Shown here: positions 8,115 through 16,821 of the stretch, one piece after another
Layout of the letters: each line of letters begins with the position of its first letter
How positions within the stretch are numbered: the first letter of the stretch is position 1
DNA from: Sinorhizobium meliloti
GTDB taxonomy: Bacteria > Pseudomonadota > Alphaproteobacteria > Rhizobiales > Rhizobiaceae
Assembly (NCBI RefSeq): GCF_017876815.1
Contig: NZ_JAGIOS010000003.1
Coordinates: forward strand, 330,001 to 362,000
Reading direction: 5' to 3'
DNA: 32,000 bases
Position numbers and translations under genes: made by a program
Notes under the pieces: generated by a model
The model's input: the letters and a program-made list of their open reading frames with translations, nothing else
What the model was told of the DNA's origin: nothing
Databases searched by the model: none

Positions 8115-8348
8115 ATGAGCGATCCAAAACCCGAAAGGCTCCACCTTACCTTGGCTGAGCTAATCAGCGAACAAATTGAGCAACGGCATGCAACCGAGCT
8201 GCGAGCCGTGCTGTCAACCGGAAACGAAATTACCATGCATGGAAGGTTCACAGTCGGCAGCGACTTTATAATCTACAGAACTGCGAAGGATAATAGCGGC
8301 AAATGGGCGATGACTCCCTTTGCTCATATCGTACAGCTGGCAATCTGA
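8115..8348 (+). CDS. Hypothetical small protein (77 aa) in a low-GC patch
   Basis: Only an intact ORF with a weak SD-like AGGCGGGG upstream. The composition is visibly more AT-rich than the neighbours. I recognise no family. Confidence 0.35.
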   Translation: MSDPKPERLHLTLAELISEQIEQRHATELRAVLSTGNEITMHGRFTVGSDFIIYRTAKDNSGKWAMTPFAHIVQLAI

Positions 8349-8743
8349 TTTCAGCTCCGGGGTCATGCCTGAGGGCATCATCCGCCACGAAGACAAGGCC
8401 ACCGGTCGGCTTGTAACCGACTGCGATAGCGCGTGCCATGCCGGACGCAGTTTTCGGCACGCGGGAGAGACGCTCTCTTCCGATATTGTGCATTCTGCAA
8501 ATCTTTGCGTGCAGACGACCGCGAACACCTAGCACGGATGGACACCTGCGGCGGCGGCGAACACGGAACGCAGATCGTCCGCGCTGCCCAGTTCAACGTC
8601 GACGCGCCGCCAACGTGGCTGGCAATCCACATCTTGCCCTCGCTGCCATCGTCCATGCTGGCGTACGGGCCACGCAGGAAGATCTTTCGCTCCTGATCTC
8701 GGAGCCCTTACCGCCCGCGGCTCGTCCGCGTGCGGCCTATGTC

Positions 8744-9667
8744 TTAAGCATCTCGCGTTCCCTCGGAATCTGGTGTGCCATGGTGTCGCAGGGCGTCCAC
8801 GATCACCTTGAATGCGGGTGAGTTGTGGTGTCGGCTAGGGTAGTAAATGTAGTACCCGGCAAACGGAGGCGACCAGGGCTCGAGCAGCGCTACCAGGCGT
8901 CCTGCCGCAATGTGCCCCGCGACGAGATCTTCCGGCAGATAGGCTATGCCGTGACCTTTCATGGCGGCATCGACCATGGGGTATGAGCTATTGAAGGTGA
9001 GTTGTCCGTCGACCCTGACGCGGAGCTCTTGCCCGTTCTTCTCGAACTCCCATACATAATGTCCGCCGCCTGTTGCCTGGCGCGAGTTGATGCAATTGTG
9101 CTGGATCAGTTCCTGTGGATGCTCTGGCAACGGACGATCTGCCAGGTAGTCGGGCGAAGCCACTGCCAGAAGCCGCCAGTCCGGTCCGATACGGACCGCG
9201 ATCATGTCCTTTTCGACGCTCTCGCCGAGGCGAATGCCTGCGTCGAAACCATCTTCCACGATGTTCCTGAAGCCGTTGTCCCTGCTCAACTCGAGCCGAA
9301 TGTCGGGGTATTCCAGAAGAACCGGCTGTAGTTTCGGCCAGACGAGGCTCTCCAGGGCGTGGTCGGACAAAGTGATTTTGACCGAGCCGGACGGTTTGTC
9401 GCGAAAGGCCATAAGGGCCGCGATTTCGTCCCTTATGGCCGATATCCGCGGCGCCAGCGAACGAAGCAGGCGCTCGCCAGCTTCCGTCACGGCAACGCTC
9501 CGGGTGGTCCTGGTCAGAAGCCTCAGGCCCATCCTCGTTTCGAGGCGCTTGATCGTGTGACTGAGCGTCGATTGGGTTATGCCGAGCTTGGCAGCGGCCC
9601 TGGTGAAGCTGCGCTCCTCGGCCACGGCGAGAAACCACAGCAGATCGTTGAAGTCTTCCTTGGGCAT
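8744..9667 (-). CDS. LysR-family transcriptional regulator
   Basis: N-terminal HTH (FLAVAEERSFTRAAAKLGITQSTLSHTIKRLE) plus a LysR substrate-binding domain. Divergent from the Mo-hydroxylase operon. Confidence 0.9.
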   Translation of the reverse strand: MPKEDFNDLLWFLAVAEERSFTRAAAKLGITQSTLSHTIKRLETRMGLRLLTRTTRSVAVTEAGERLLRSLAPRISAIRDEIAALMAFRDKPSGSVKITLSDHALESLVWPKLQPVLLEYPDIRLELSRDNGFRNIVEDGFDAGIRLGESVEKDMIAVRIGPDWRLLAVASPDYLADRPLPEHPQELIQHNCINSRQATGGGHYVWEFEKNGQELRVRVDGQLTFNSSYPMVDAAMKGHGIAYLPEDLVAGHIAAGRLVALLEPWSPPFAGYYIYYPSRHHNSPAFKVIVDALRHHGTPDSEGTRDA

Positions 9668-9826
9668 ACTCTACATCCGCACGCTCGATTTATGGTTCAT
9701 GTCGATAGATGTAAGAGAACTATGCCCACTAATCCATAGGCTATGCTTTTGCTACCGTCCCAGCTGAAACAGTTTGCTCGCTGTTTCCGCGCCCGTTTTC
9801 CCGCAAGCTGCATTGAGGACACCGCC

Positions 9827-10273
9827 ATGGAACTCACCACCAACGGCTTTAGACACCAGGTGGACATCGAGCCGGATACGCCGCTGCTCTGGGTTCTTCG
9901 CGATGAACTCGGCATGACCGGAACCAAATATGGTTGCGGCCTCGCCCAGTGCGGCGCCTGCACGGTTCTCGTCGACGGACAGGCGACGCGCTCCTGCGTC
10001 ACTGCGGTGGAGAGCGTTGCCGGTTCCGAGATCATGACCATCGAGGCCATCACCGAAGATCCAGTGGGCCAGAAAGTAGTCGAGGCATGGGTTTCCAATC
10101 AGGTACCTCAATGCGGCTACTGTCAGTCGGGCCAGGTCATGGCCGCGACGGCGCTCATAAAGCAGAGTCCTCGGCCGAGCGACGAGGACATTGCCGGCGC
10201 AATGATCAATCTCTGTCGCTGTGGCACCTATAACGCCATTGCGGCTGCCGTCCGGCAGGCCGCTGAGGCTTGA
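9827..10273 (+). CDS. (2Fe-2S)-binding small subunit of a molybdenum hydroxylase (IorA/CoxS-like)
   Basis: Motifs GCGLAQCGACTV and CGYCQSGQ. ATG at 9827 is preceded by GAGGAC. The ORF-track start at 9743 adds an implausible 28-aa extension. Confidence 0.85.
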   Translation: MELTTNGFRHQVDIEPDTPLLWVLRDELGMTGTKYGCGLAQCGACTVLVDGQATRSCVTAVESVAGSEIMTIEAITEDPVGQKVVEAWVSNQVPQCGYCQSGQVMAATALIKQSPRPSDEDIAGAMINLCRCGTYNAIAAAVRQAAEA

Positions 10274-10287
10274 TCGGGAGCGACACC

Positions 10288-12531
10288 ATGAACGACATGA
10301 CACCGGTTACCTCTGAAATCACTGCCAGCGAGATCGGCAAGCCCTTCAAGCTTTCTCGGCGAGGCTTTCTCGGCGCCTCGCTCGGCGCCCTCGTCCTCGG
10401 CGTCACTCTTCCGGCCGGCCGGGCCAGAGCGCAGGCAGCCGCTGCGGCCATAACGCCCGGCACCCGGATTTCCGCATTTCTGGAGATCCTGCCCGACGAG
10501 ACCGTCCTGTTCCGCAGTGCTTTCATCGAGGGAGGGCAGGGCATATTCACCGCCATGGCGCAGATCGTCGGTGAGGAACTGGACGTCGACCCGATGCAGT
10601 TCGTCGTCGAAGGCGCGCCTCCGGGTCCCGATTATCTGCTGACCGGCGGCGGGCGGTTCACCGGCGGCAGCATGTCCGTGCGCATGAGCTACGACGCCAT
10701 GCGTAAGCTCGGCGCTTCCGCGCGCCACATGCTCATTCAAGCCGCTGCGGTACGGCTGCGCGTGCCGGTATCGGAGCTGTCGACGGAGCCCGGCCGCGTC
10801 GTGCACGGCGCTTCGGGGCGGACCCTTCCATACGGTGAGATCGCGGATGCGGCAGCGGGCTTGCCGCTCCCCACCAATGTCGTGCTGCGCGCTCGCGCAG
10901 ACTTCCGCTGGATCGGCAAGCCGGTCGCGCGGCTCGATGTGCGCGACAAGTCGACGGGCAAGGCTCGGTACGCAATCGATTTGAAAGTCGACGGAATGCT
11001 GCATGCCGCGGTCCAGCACAGCCCGCGTCTCGGTGGCGAGCCCGGTGCTTTGCAGAATGAAGCGGACGTGCGCGGCATGCCCGGCGTCCATTCCATTCAC
11101 AGCCTGCCCGGCACCGTCGCCGTGGTCGCCGATAGCTGGTGGCGCGCGCGCATGGCAGCCGAAGCCCTGCAGGTGACCTGGACGGAGCCGACTCGCGGAA
11201 CGGCCCACGTCATGCCGGCGGATTTTTCCACCGAGGCGCACATGGCGATGCTGAAGGCGACGCCGGGGGAGGGCGTCGCCTACGAGACCGTCGGGAATGC
11301 TGCAACAGCGCTTGGTGATGCTGCGCGGGTGGTCGAGGCGACTTATGACGCGCCATATCTGGTGCATGGGCAACTCGAGCCGCCATCCGCGCTTGCGCGC
11401 TGGAACGACGACGGCTCGCTCGACCTCTGGGTTCCCAATCAGGCACCGGAGATGTTTCAGGCAGAGGCCGCGAAGGTAGCCGGCATCGCGCCGGAGAAGG
11501 TCACCATCCACTCGCCGATGCTCGGCGGCTTCTTCGGGAGGCATTTCCTCTATCAAACGGCCAATCCGTTCCCACAGGCGATCCTGCTTGCAAAGGCTGT
11601 CGCTCGGCCGGTCAAACTCATCTGGAGCCGCGAGGAGGAGTTCCTGCGAGACACCCTGAGGCCGATGGGCGCCGTTCGTTTCCGCGCCGGGCTCGACGCC
11701 GAAGGATTGCCGGTGGCACTGGAGGCGGTGGCGGTGGGCGAAGGTCCGACGGGCCGCTGGTTCGGCCGCCAGCCGGACAAGGTCGATAGTTCTTCCGTCG
11801 AGGGCATTGCGGGCAAAGTCTATTCGATCCCCAACCGGCATGTCGGCCAGGTTCATGTGGACGACCCCACGATCATCGGCTTCTGGCGGTCCGTCGGTCA
11901 CTCGATGAACGACTTCTTCTACGAGACGTTCTTCGACGAGATGGCCGATGCGGGTCAGCAGGATCCTTACGAATTGCGGCGGCGTCTCCTCGCGGACAGC
12001 CCGCGGCACAGAGCCCTGCTGGAAGCCGTGGCCGAGCTCTCCGGCGGTTGGCGGCGAGGACCGTTCATGGCGGACGACGGCACGCGCCGCGCCCGGGGCG
12101 TGGCCATGGCCTCACCCTTCGGCAGCGAGGTGGCGACGATTGCCGAAGTGTCGTTGCGGAGCGGCGAGGTCGTCGTGCACGACGTCTGGGTGGCTATCGA
12201 TCCGGGCAGTATCGTCAATCCGGCGATTATCGAGGCACAGGTGAACTCGGCCGTCGCGCTCGGACTTTCCTCGGCTTTGCTGGAAGAGGTCGTCTATGTC
12301 GACGGCATGCCGCAGGCCCGCAACTACGATGGCTATCCGATTTTGACGCCGGATCGCATGCCGCGGGTTCATGTGCGGATCGTAGCAAGCGGCGCTCCCA
12401 TGGGCGGCATTGGCGAGCCCGGTTTGCCCGGGGTGCCTCCGGCCATCGCAAACGCCGTTTCCGTTCTGGCAGGCCGGCGCGTTCGAAGCCTGCCGCTGTC
12501 CAAACACGATTTCAAAGGAGTCGACGGTTGA
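10288..12531 (+). CDS. Molybdopterin-binding large subunit of an aldehyde/isoquinoline oxidoreductase-type hydroxylase (IorB-like), Tat signal
   Basis: Twin-arginine leader SRRGFLGASLGALVLGV. ~750 aa with xanthine-dehydrogenase-family blocks by eye. Probable start ATG 10288 after GGGAG. The ORF-track start 10270 overlaps the upstream stop. Confidence 0.85.
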   Translation: MNDMTPVTSEITASEIGKPFKLSRRGFLGASLGALVLGVTLPAGRARAQAAAAAITPGTRISAFLEILPDETVLFRSAFIEGGQGIFTAMAQIVGEELDVDPMQFVVEGAPPGPDYLLTGGGRFTGGSMSVRMSYDAMRKLGASARHMLIQAAAVRLRVPVSELSTEPGRVVHGASGRTLPYGEIADAAAGLPLPTNVVLRARADFRWIGKPVARLDVRDKSTGKARYAIDLKVDGMLHAAVQHSPRLGGEPGALQNEADVRGMPGVHSIHSLPGTVAVVADSWWRARMAAEALQVTWTEPTRGTAHVMPADFSTEAHMAMLKATPGEGVAYETVGNAATALGDAARVVEATYDAPYLVHGQLEPPSALARWNDDGSLDLWVPNQAPEMFQAEAAKVAGIAPEKVTIHSPMLGGFFGRHFLYQTANPFPQAILLAKAVARPVKLIWSREEEFLRDTLRPMGAVRFRAGLDAEGLPVALEAVAVGEGPTGRWFGRQPDKVDSSSVEGIAGKVYSIPNRHVGQVHVDDPTIIGFWRSVGHSMNDFFYETFFDEMADAGQQDPYELRRRLLADSPRHRALLEAVAELSGGWRRGPFMADDGTRRARGVAMASPFGSEVATIAEVSLRSGEVVVHDVWVAIDPGSIVNPAIIEAQVNSAVALGLSSALLEEVVYVDGMPQARNYDGYPILTPDRMPRVHVRIVASGAPMGGIGEPGLPGVPPAIANAVSVLAGRRVRSLPLSKHDFKGVDG

Positions 12532-12896
12532 ACAAGGTCGTCATTGCTGCGCTCGTTTCTCTTGCTGTTTCAGGCCACGCCACGCCGGCTCTGTCTCAGG
12601 AGGCTGCGCCAGGTCAGAAGCTGTTTCAGCAACGCTGCGGTGCGTGCCATCAGCTCGAGACACCTCGAAACGGCGTCGGACCGCATCTGCTGGGTGTCGT
12701 CGGCCGAACGGCCGGCAGCGTTGACGGCTTCAGGTATTCCGCGGCTCTTAAAGGTTCCGGTTTCGCATGGACCGCCGAAACGCTGGAAACCTTCCTGAGC
12801 AATCCCGCCGCGATGGTTCGCGGAACGCGCATGGCCCAGCGTTTCAACAACGCCGACGAGCGTCGAGCGATCATCGCGTTCCTTAGGGCGCAATAG
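12528..12896 (+). CDS. Class I c-type cytochrome subunit, Sec signal peptide
   Basis: Heme motif CGACH and a distal Met region. Signal peptide KVVIAALVSLAVSGHATPALSQEA. TTG start overlaps the IorB stop (TTGA) and is preceded by AAAGGAG at 12514-12520. The upstream part of the track ORF starting at 12048 lies inside iorB. Confidence 0.75.
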   Translation: MNKVVIAALVSLAVSGHATPALSQEAAPGQKLFQQRCGACHQLETPRNGVGPHLLGVVGRTAGSVDGFRYSAALKGSGFAWTAETLETFLSNPAAMVRGTRMAQRFNNADERRAIIAFLRAQ

Positions 12897-12919
12897 TCCT
12901 TCCGTCCGTGCTCTTTGCT

Positions 12920-12949
12920 CGGCGGCGTTGGCTTCGGTCGGCGCCGCCG
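12920..12949 (+). terminator. Candidate intrinsic terminator hairpin after the cytochrome c gene
   Basis: CGGCGGCGTTGGC-TTCG-GTCGGCGCCGCCG. GC-rich stem with some G.U pairs and a UUCG-type tetraloop, followed by CTTCGTT (a poor U-tract). Confidence 0.45.
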
Positions 12950-13124
12950 CTTCGTTACAGGCGAGACTGGGAGTGAATGCCGGGAGCTTTCACCGCATTC
13001 GGTCACTTATGCACCCTGTCGATAAACGAAATCGAATTATAGCGGCCAATGCCATCGATGCCGGGCTGCTACATTCGGCCGTGGAGGAACTTGCGACAGG
13101 CTTCGGCCTATAAGGAACAGACAT

Positions 13125-13692
13125 ATGACGAATCCAACATTCGGCGAGACAATCGTCAAAACCGCCGCGGCCTGGGGCGCAGTGGCGTCCATGGCGCTGT
13201 GCGTTGCAGTGCTGATCGCTTCGGAATTCATGCCGGTCAGCCTCCTGACGCCGATCGCCCGTGATCTTGGTATGAGCGAGGGCCAGGCCGGACAGGCGAT
13301 TTCGATCTCCGGTCTGTTCGCCGTGTTGACCAGTCTCTTCATTGCGGGGTTCACGCGGAAGATCGACCGCAAGTTCGTCCTGTCCTCGTTCTCGCTCATG
13401 CTGATCGTCTCGGGGCTCGTCGTATCCTTCGCCCCCAATTACGCGGCTCTGATGGTCGGTCGGGCGCTGCTCGGCGTTGCCATCGGCGGATTCTGGTCGA
13501 TGTCCACCGCGGTCGTCATGCGCCTCCTGCTGGAGAGTGCGGTGCCGGAGGGCCTTGCGTTGCTGAATGCCGGCAACGCTATCGCTGCCACGATCTCCGC
13601 TCCGCTCGGCAGCTTTCTGGGATTACATCGGCTGGCGGGGCGCGTTCTTCTTCGTGGTTCCGCTGGCGCTCATTGCGCGCCGCGGGTCTTGA
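13125..13692 (+). pseudogene. MFS transporter remnant (N-terminal ~6 TM), frameshifted near 13620 and truncated
   Basis: The first ~165 aa are MFS-like (LTPIARDLGMSEGQAGQAISISGLF, GRALLGVAIGGFWS). After ...GSFLG the expected continuation DYIGWRGAFFFVVPLALIA is present only in the +1 frame (13621-13677). That frame stops at 13690-13692. No second six-helix half follows. Confidence 0.7.
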
Positions 13693-13754
13693 TCGGCGGC
13701 GCCATCACCAGGGCCGTACTGCCGCGCCTGGTATGGGCTCAAAAGGAGACTAAC

Positions 13755-14105
13755 ATGAAGATGCGCATTGCCTTTGCCGATCACGTGTTCACGGCTACGC
13801 TCTACGACAGCCCCCCGGCGCGCGACCTCTGGTCGATGCTCCCGCTCGAGCTGGAGATCGACAATTACGCCAACAACGAGAAGATCGCCTATCTGCCCCG
13901 AAAGCTGACGGAGGAAGGCAGCGGTTCGTTCTCCAACGAAGCCCCGGGCGACCTCTGCTACTATGCTCCCTGGGGTAATCTGGCATTCTTCTACGCTGGC
14001 TATCGCTACTCGGCCGGTCTGATCCGGCTTGGCCGGCTGGATGGCGGCGTCGAACCTTTGCTCACACGCGGAAAGTTTCCACTCCGCATCGAACGACTGT
14101 CCTGA
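13755..14105 (+). CDS. Small cyclophilin-like-fold protein (116 aa)
   Basis: MKMRIAFADHVFTATLYDSPPARDLWSMLPLELEIDNYANNEKIAYLP...GDLCYYAPWGNLAFFY resembles the cyclophilin-like superfamily of small proteins. It has its own AAGGAG SD at 13743-13748. It shares a frame with the upstream remnant, which explains the fused track ORF. Confidence 0.65.
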   Translation: MKMRIAFADHVFTATLYDSPPARDLWSMLPLELEIDNYANNEKIAYLPRKLTEEGSGSFSNEAPGDLCYYAPWGNLAFFYAGYRYSAGLIRLGRLDGGVEPLLTRGKFPLRIERLS

Positions 14106-14129
14106 AGATCATGCTCGCACCTGTTCTAC

Positions 14130-14155
14130 CGTGCCGCCTGTAGAGGGACGGCACG
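14130..14155. terminator. Possible bidirectional hairpin between convergent genes
   Basis: CGTGCCG-(12 nt)-CGGCACG, a 7-bp stem between the stop at 14105 (+) and the stop at 14166 (-). No clear U-tract. Confidence 0.3.
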
Positions 14156-14165
14156 CATCTGTCCG

Positions 14166-16586
14166 TCACATTCGAAGCCTTTCGCCTGCGGGGTCGAAGG
14201 GCGGCCGTTCCAGGATGACTGCGTCATGGGCGCGGCCGAGGATCGCAACACTCACCTTGTTACCCGGTTTCGCCATTTCAGCCTTGATGTAGCAGAGCGC
14301 TAGCGACATGCCGACCGTATAGCCGTAGGCGCCGGATGAAACCTGGCCGATCGGGGTGCCGTCCCGGAGAAAGATCGGCTCGCCGCCGGTGGCGTCCGCA
14401 TCCGTGGCGTCGATCGATATCATGGCGAGCTTCTGCCTCGGAAGCTTCCCTGCGATTTCCTGGTAAGGGGCCTTGTTCAGGAACACGTCCTTGTCGAGCT
14501 TGATCAGCCGGTCGAGAGCGCATTCCTGCGGCCAGTATTCCGGCGAATACTCGCGGCTCCAGCTGCCATAGCCCTTTTCGATGCGCAGCGAGGCGAGTGC
14601 GCGTGAGCCGACCGGACCCGCGCCGAGATCCGCGCCGGCTTCCAGCAAGGCGTCGTAGAGCGCGACCTGCCTTTCGGCGTCGCAGTAGAGTTCCCAGCCG
14701 AGATCGCCGGTGAACGAGACGCGCAGCGCGATGACCTCGACGCCAGCGACGCGCATCCTGCGCGACCGCATGAAGGAGAAGTTCTCGTTGGAAAGGTCGT
14801 CATTCGTCAGGCGCATCAGCAATTCGCGCGATTTCGGCCCGGCGATGTTGAAGGCGCAAAGGCGCTCCGTGAGCGAGGTGAAGGTCGTGTCGTCGGGAAG
14901 CGGAACCGCATTGAAGAAGCGCTGATGGTAGCGTTCCGCCATGCCTGAGCCGAAGATCATGAACTCGTCGTCGCCGAGCTTCGTCACCGTGAAATCCCCG
15001 GCGATGCCGCCCCGCTTGCCGATGAGAGGCGTCAGGCACGAGCGGCCGACCCCAGTAGGCATGCGGTTGGCAAAAAGCGCGTTCAGCCAGTCGGAGGCAC
15101 CCGCTCCCTTCACTGCGTATTTCGCAAAGTTCGAGATGTCGATAATGCCGGCGCTTTCGCGCAGCATGCGGGCCTCGCGGCCGACGGGCGCCCACCAGTT
15201 CTGGCGGGTAAAACCGATCGTCTCTTCCTTCGGCTCGCCCTCGGCGGAAAACCAGAGCGGATGCTCCCAGCCGAAATTCAGGCCGAAGACGGCGCCCGTT
15301 GCCTTCTGTTTCTCATAAGCCGGCCGGGTGCGAACGGGTCGTCCGGCTGCCCGCTCCTCATTGGGAAAGTGGATCTTGAAACGGTGGCTGTACTGGTCCT
15401 GGACGCGCGCCTTGGTGAAGGCCTTGTTCGCCCAGTGACCGAAGCGCGCCATGTCCCAGCCGAACATGTCGAGCGACGGCTCGCCCTCGATCATCCATTC
15501 CGCTGCAAGCTTGCCCATCCCGCCCGACTGCGAGAATCCGGGGATGATGCCGTTGCAGCAGAAATAATTCGTCATTTCCGGTACCGGACCGAAGAGGACC
15601 GCGCTATCTGGCGACCAGATCATCGGCCCGTTGATGACGCGCTTGATGCCCGCCGTTCCGACCACCGGCACGCGATCGATCGCGCGCATCATATTTTCCT
15701 CGATGCGTTCAAGGTCGTCGGGGAAGAGTTCGTGACCGAAACCGAGCGGCGTGCCGTCCTCGGCCCAGAAGCGCATGTCGCGCTCATAGGCGCCGATCAG
15801 GAGGCCCAGGCCCTCCTGCCGCAGGTAATACTCGCCGTCGCGATCAGCGACGGAGGGAAGCCGCCGGTCAAGGGCGGCGATCTCCGCTATGGTCTCGGTG
15901 ACGAAATACTGGTGTTCCGTCGGCATCAGCGGAAGTTCGAGGCCCGCCATGGCGGCGACTTCACGGCCCCACAATCCTGCGGCGTTGACCACCCACCGGG
16001 TGCGTATGTCGCCTTTCGGGGTGCGCACGATCCAGCTGCCGTCCGCTTGCGCCTCCGTACCGGTGACGGGCGTGAAGCGGTGTATTTCGGCGCCGCGCCT
16101 GCGCGCGCCTGCGGCATAGGCCATCGTCACACCGGAGGGGTCGACATTGCCGCCCTCCGGCTCGTACATGATGCAGCGGATGCCGTCGAAGTTGACGAGC
16201 GGATGCAGCCGCTCGGCCTCGTCACGGCCGATCTCGTAGAAGTTCATCTTGTAGCGGCGCGCCTTGGCCTCTTGGAGCCGGAGCTGGTGCTCGCGCGCCT
16301 CGGTCTGAGCAAGATAGAGCGATCCCGGCTGGAAGATGCCGCATCCTTGCCCGGTCTCGACCTCCAGCTCCTTGTAGAGCGCCATCGTATAATGCTGAAG
16401 CAGGCTGATATTGGTGGAGTCGTGCAGGCCGTGGATGTTGGCGGCCGCATGCCAGGTCGACCCTGATGTCAGTTCGCTCCGCTCGAGAAGCACGACGTCG
16501 GACCAGCCGAGCTTGGTGAGATGGTAGAGAATGGAGCAGCCGATGAGACCGCCGCCGATGACGACCGCTTGAGCGTGGGAGCGCAT
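14166..16586 (-). CDS. FAD-dependent oxidoreductase fused to a GcvT-type folate-binding domain (dimethylglycine/sarcosine dehydrogenase family)
   Basis: 806 aa. N-terminal dinucleotide fold VVIGGGLIGCSILYHL, with HAAANIHG close by. C-terminal aminomethyltransferase-like half (ISNFAKYAVKG, GYGSWSREY...). Length and architecture are typical of DMGDH/SARDH. Confidence 0.85.
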   Translation of the reverse strand: MRSHAQAVVIGGGLIGCSILYHLTKLGWSDVVLLERSELTSGSTWHAAANIHGLHDSTNISLLQHYTMALYKELEVETGQGCGIFQPGSLYLAQTEAREHQLRLQEAKARRYKMNFYEIGRDEAERLHPLVNFDGIRCIMYEPEGGNVDPSGVTMAYAAGARRRGAEIHRFTPVTGTEAQADGSWIVRTPKGDIRTRWVVNAAGLWGREVAAMAGLELPLMPTEHQYFVTETIAEIAALDRRLPSVADRDGEYYLRQEGLGLLIGAYERDMRFWAEDGTPLGFGHELFPDDLERIEENMMRAIDRVPVVGTAGIKRVINGPMIWSPDSAVLFGPVPEMTNYFCCNGIIPGFSQSGGMGKLAAEWMIEGEPSLDMFGWDMARFGHWANKAFTKARVQDQYSHRFKIHFPNEERAAGRPVRTRPAYEKQKATGAVFGLNFGWEHPLWFSAEGEPKEETIGFTRQNWWAPVGREARMLRESAGIIDISNFAKYAVKGAGASDWLNALFANRMPTGVGRSCLTPLIGKRGGIAGDFTVTKLGDDEFMIFGSGMAERYHQRFFNAVPLPDDTTFTSLTERLCAFNIAGPKSRELLMRLTNDDLSNENFSFMRSRRMRVAGVEVIALRVSFTGDLGWELYCDAERQVALYDALLEAGADLGAGPVGSRALASLRIEKGYGSWSREYSPEYWPQECALDRLIKLDKDVFLNKAPYQEIAGKLPRQKLAMISIDATDADATGGEPIFLRDGTPIGQVSSGAYGYTVGMSLALCYIKAEMAKPGNKVSVAILGRAHDAVILERPPFDPAGERLRM

Positions 16587-16821
16587 GGAAATCCAGCCTT
16601 GAAACGATGACCTGTGCCGCCGGCGGATCTCTGCCGGCGCGGCTCCAGTTTAGGGACGGGCCGTTTTTTGCAAAGCTGCGTAATGCGGGAAATCGGGCCC
16701 TTTTGTCATCGGATGGACAAATAAAACGAGGTCATTGATCTCGCAATTTTCGTTTGTTGCGCGGCAAGTTCCGGCTAGTTTGAAATCGGCCCTTTCCGGC
16801 ATCGAGCCAACGGGTCACCGG

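Noticed and set aside
10228-12009. 593-aa minus-strand ORF opposite the Moco subunit gene
   Set aside because: It is antisense to a gene with a clear Tat leader and xanthine-dehydrogenase-family blocks. It is low-complexity and Arg-rich, with no SD or family signature.
12048-12527. Long N-terminal extension of the cytochrome c ORF (282-aa track ORF), and similar extensions at 9743, 26203, 27246 and 28771
   Set aside because: The extensions lie inside the preceding genes, are Arg-rich nonsense, and precede obvious signal peptides or family N-termini. Those N-termini have their own SD and start codons.
15261-16466. 401-aa plus-strand ORF inside the DMGDH-like gene, plus similar ORFs at 14800-15195 and 14941-15318
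   Set aside because: They are antisense or out of frame relative to an 806-aa gene with unmistakable FAD and GcvT architecture. Their composition is artefact-like.
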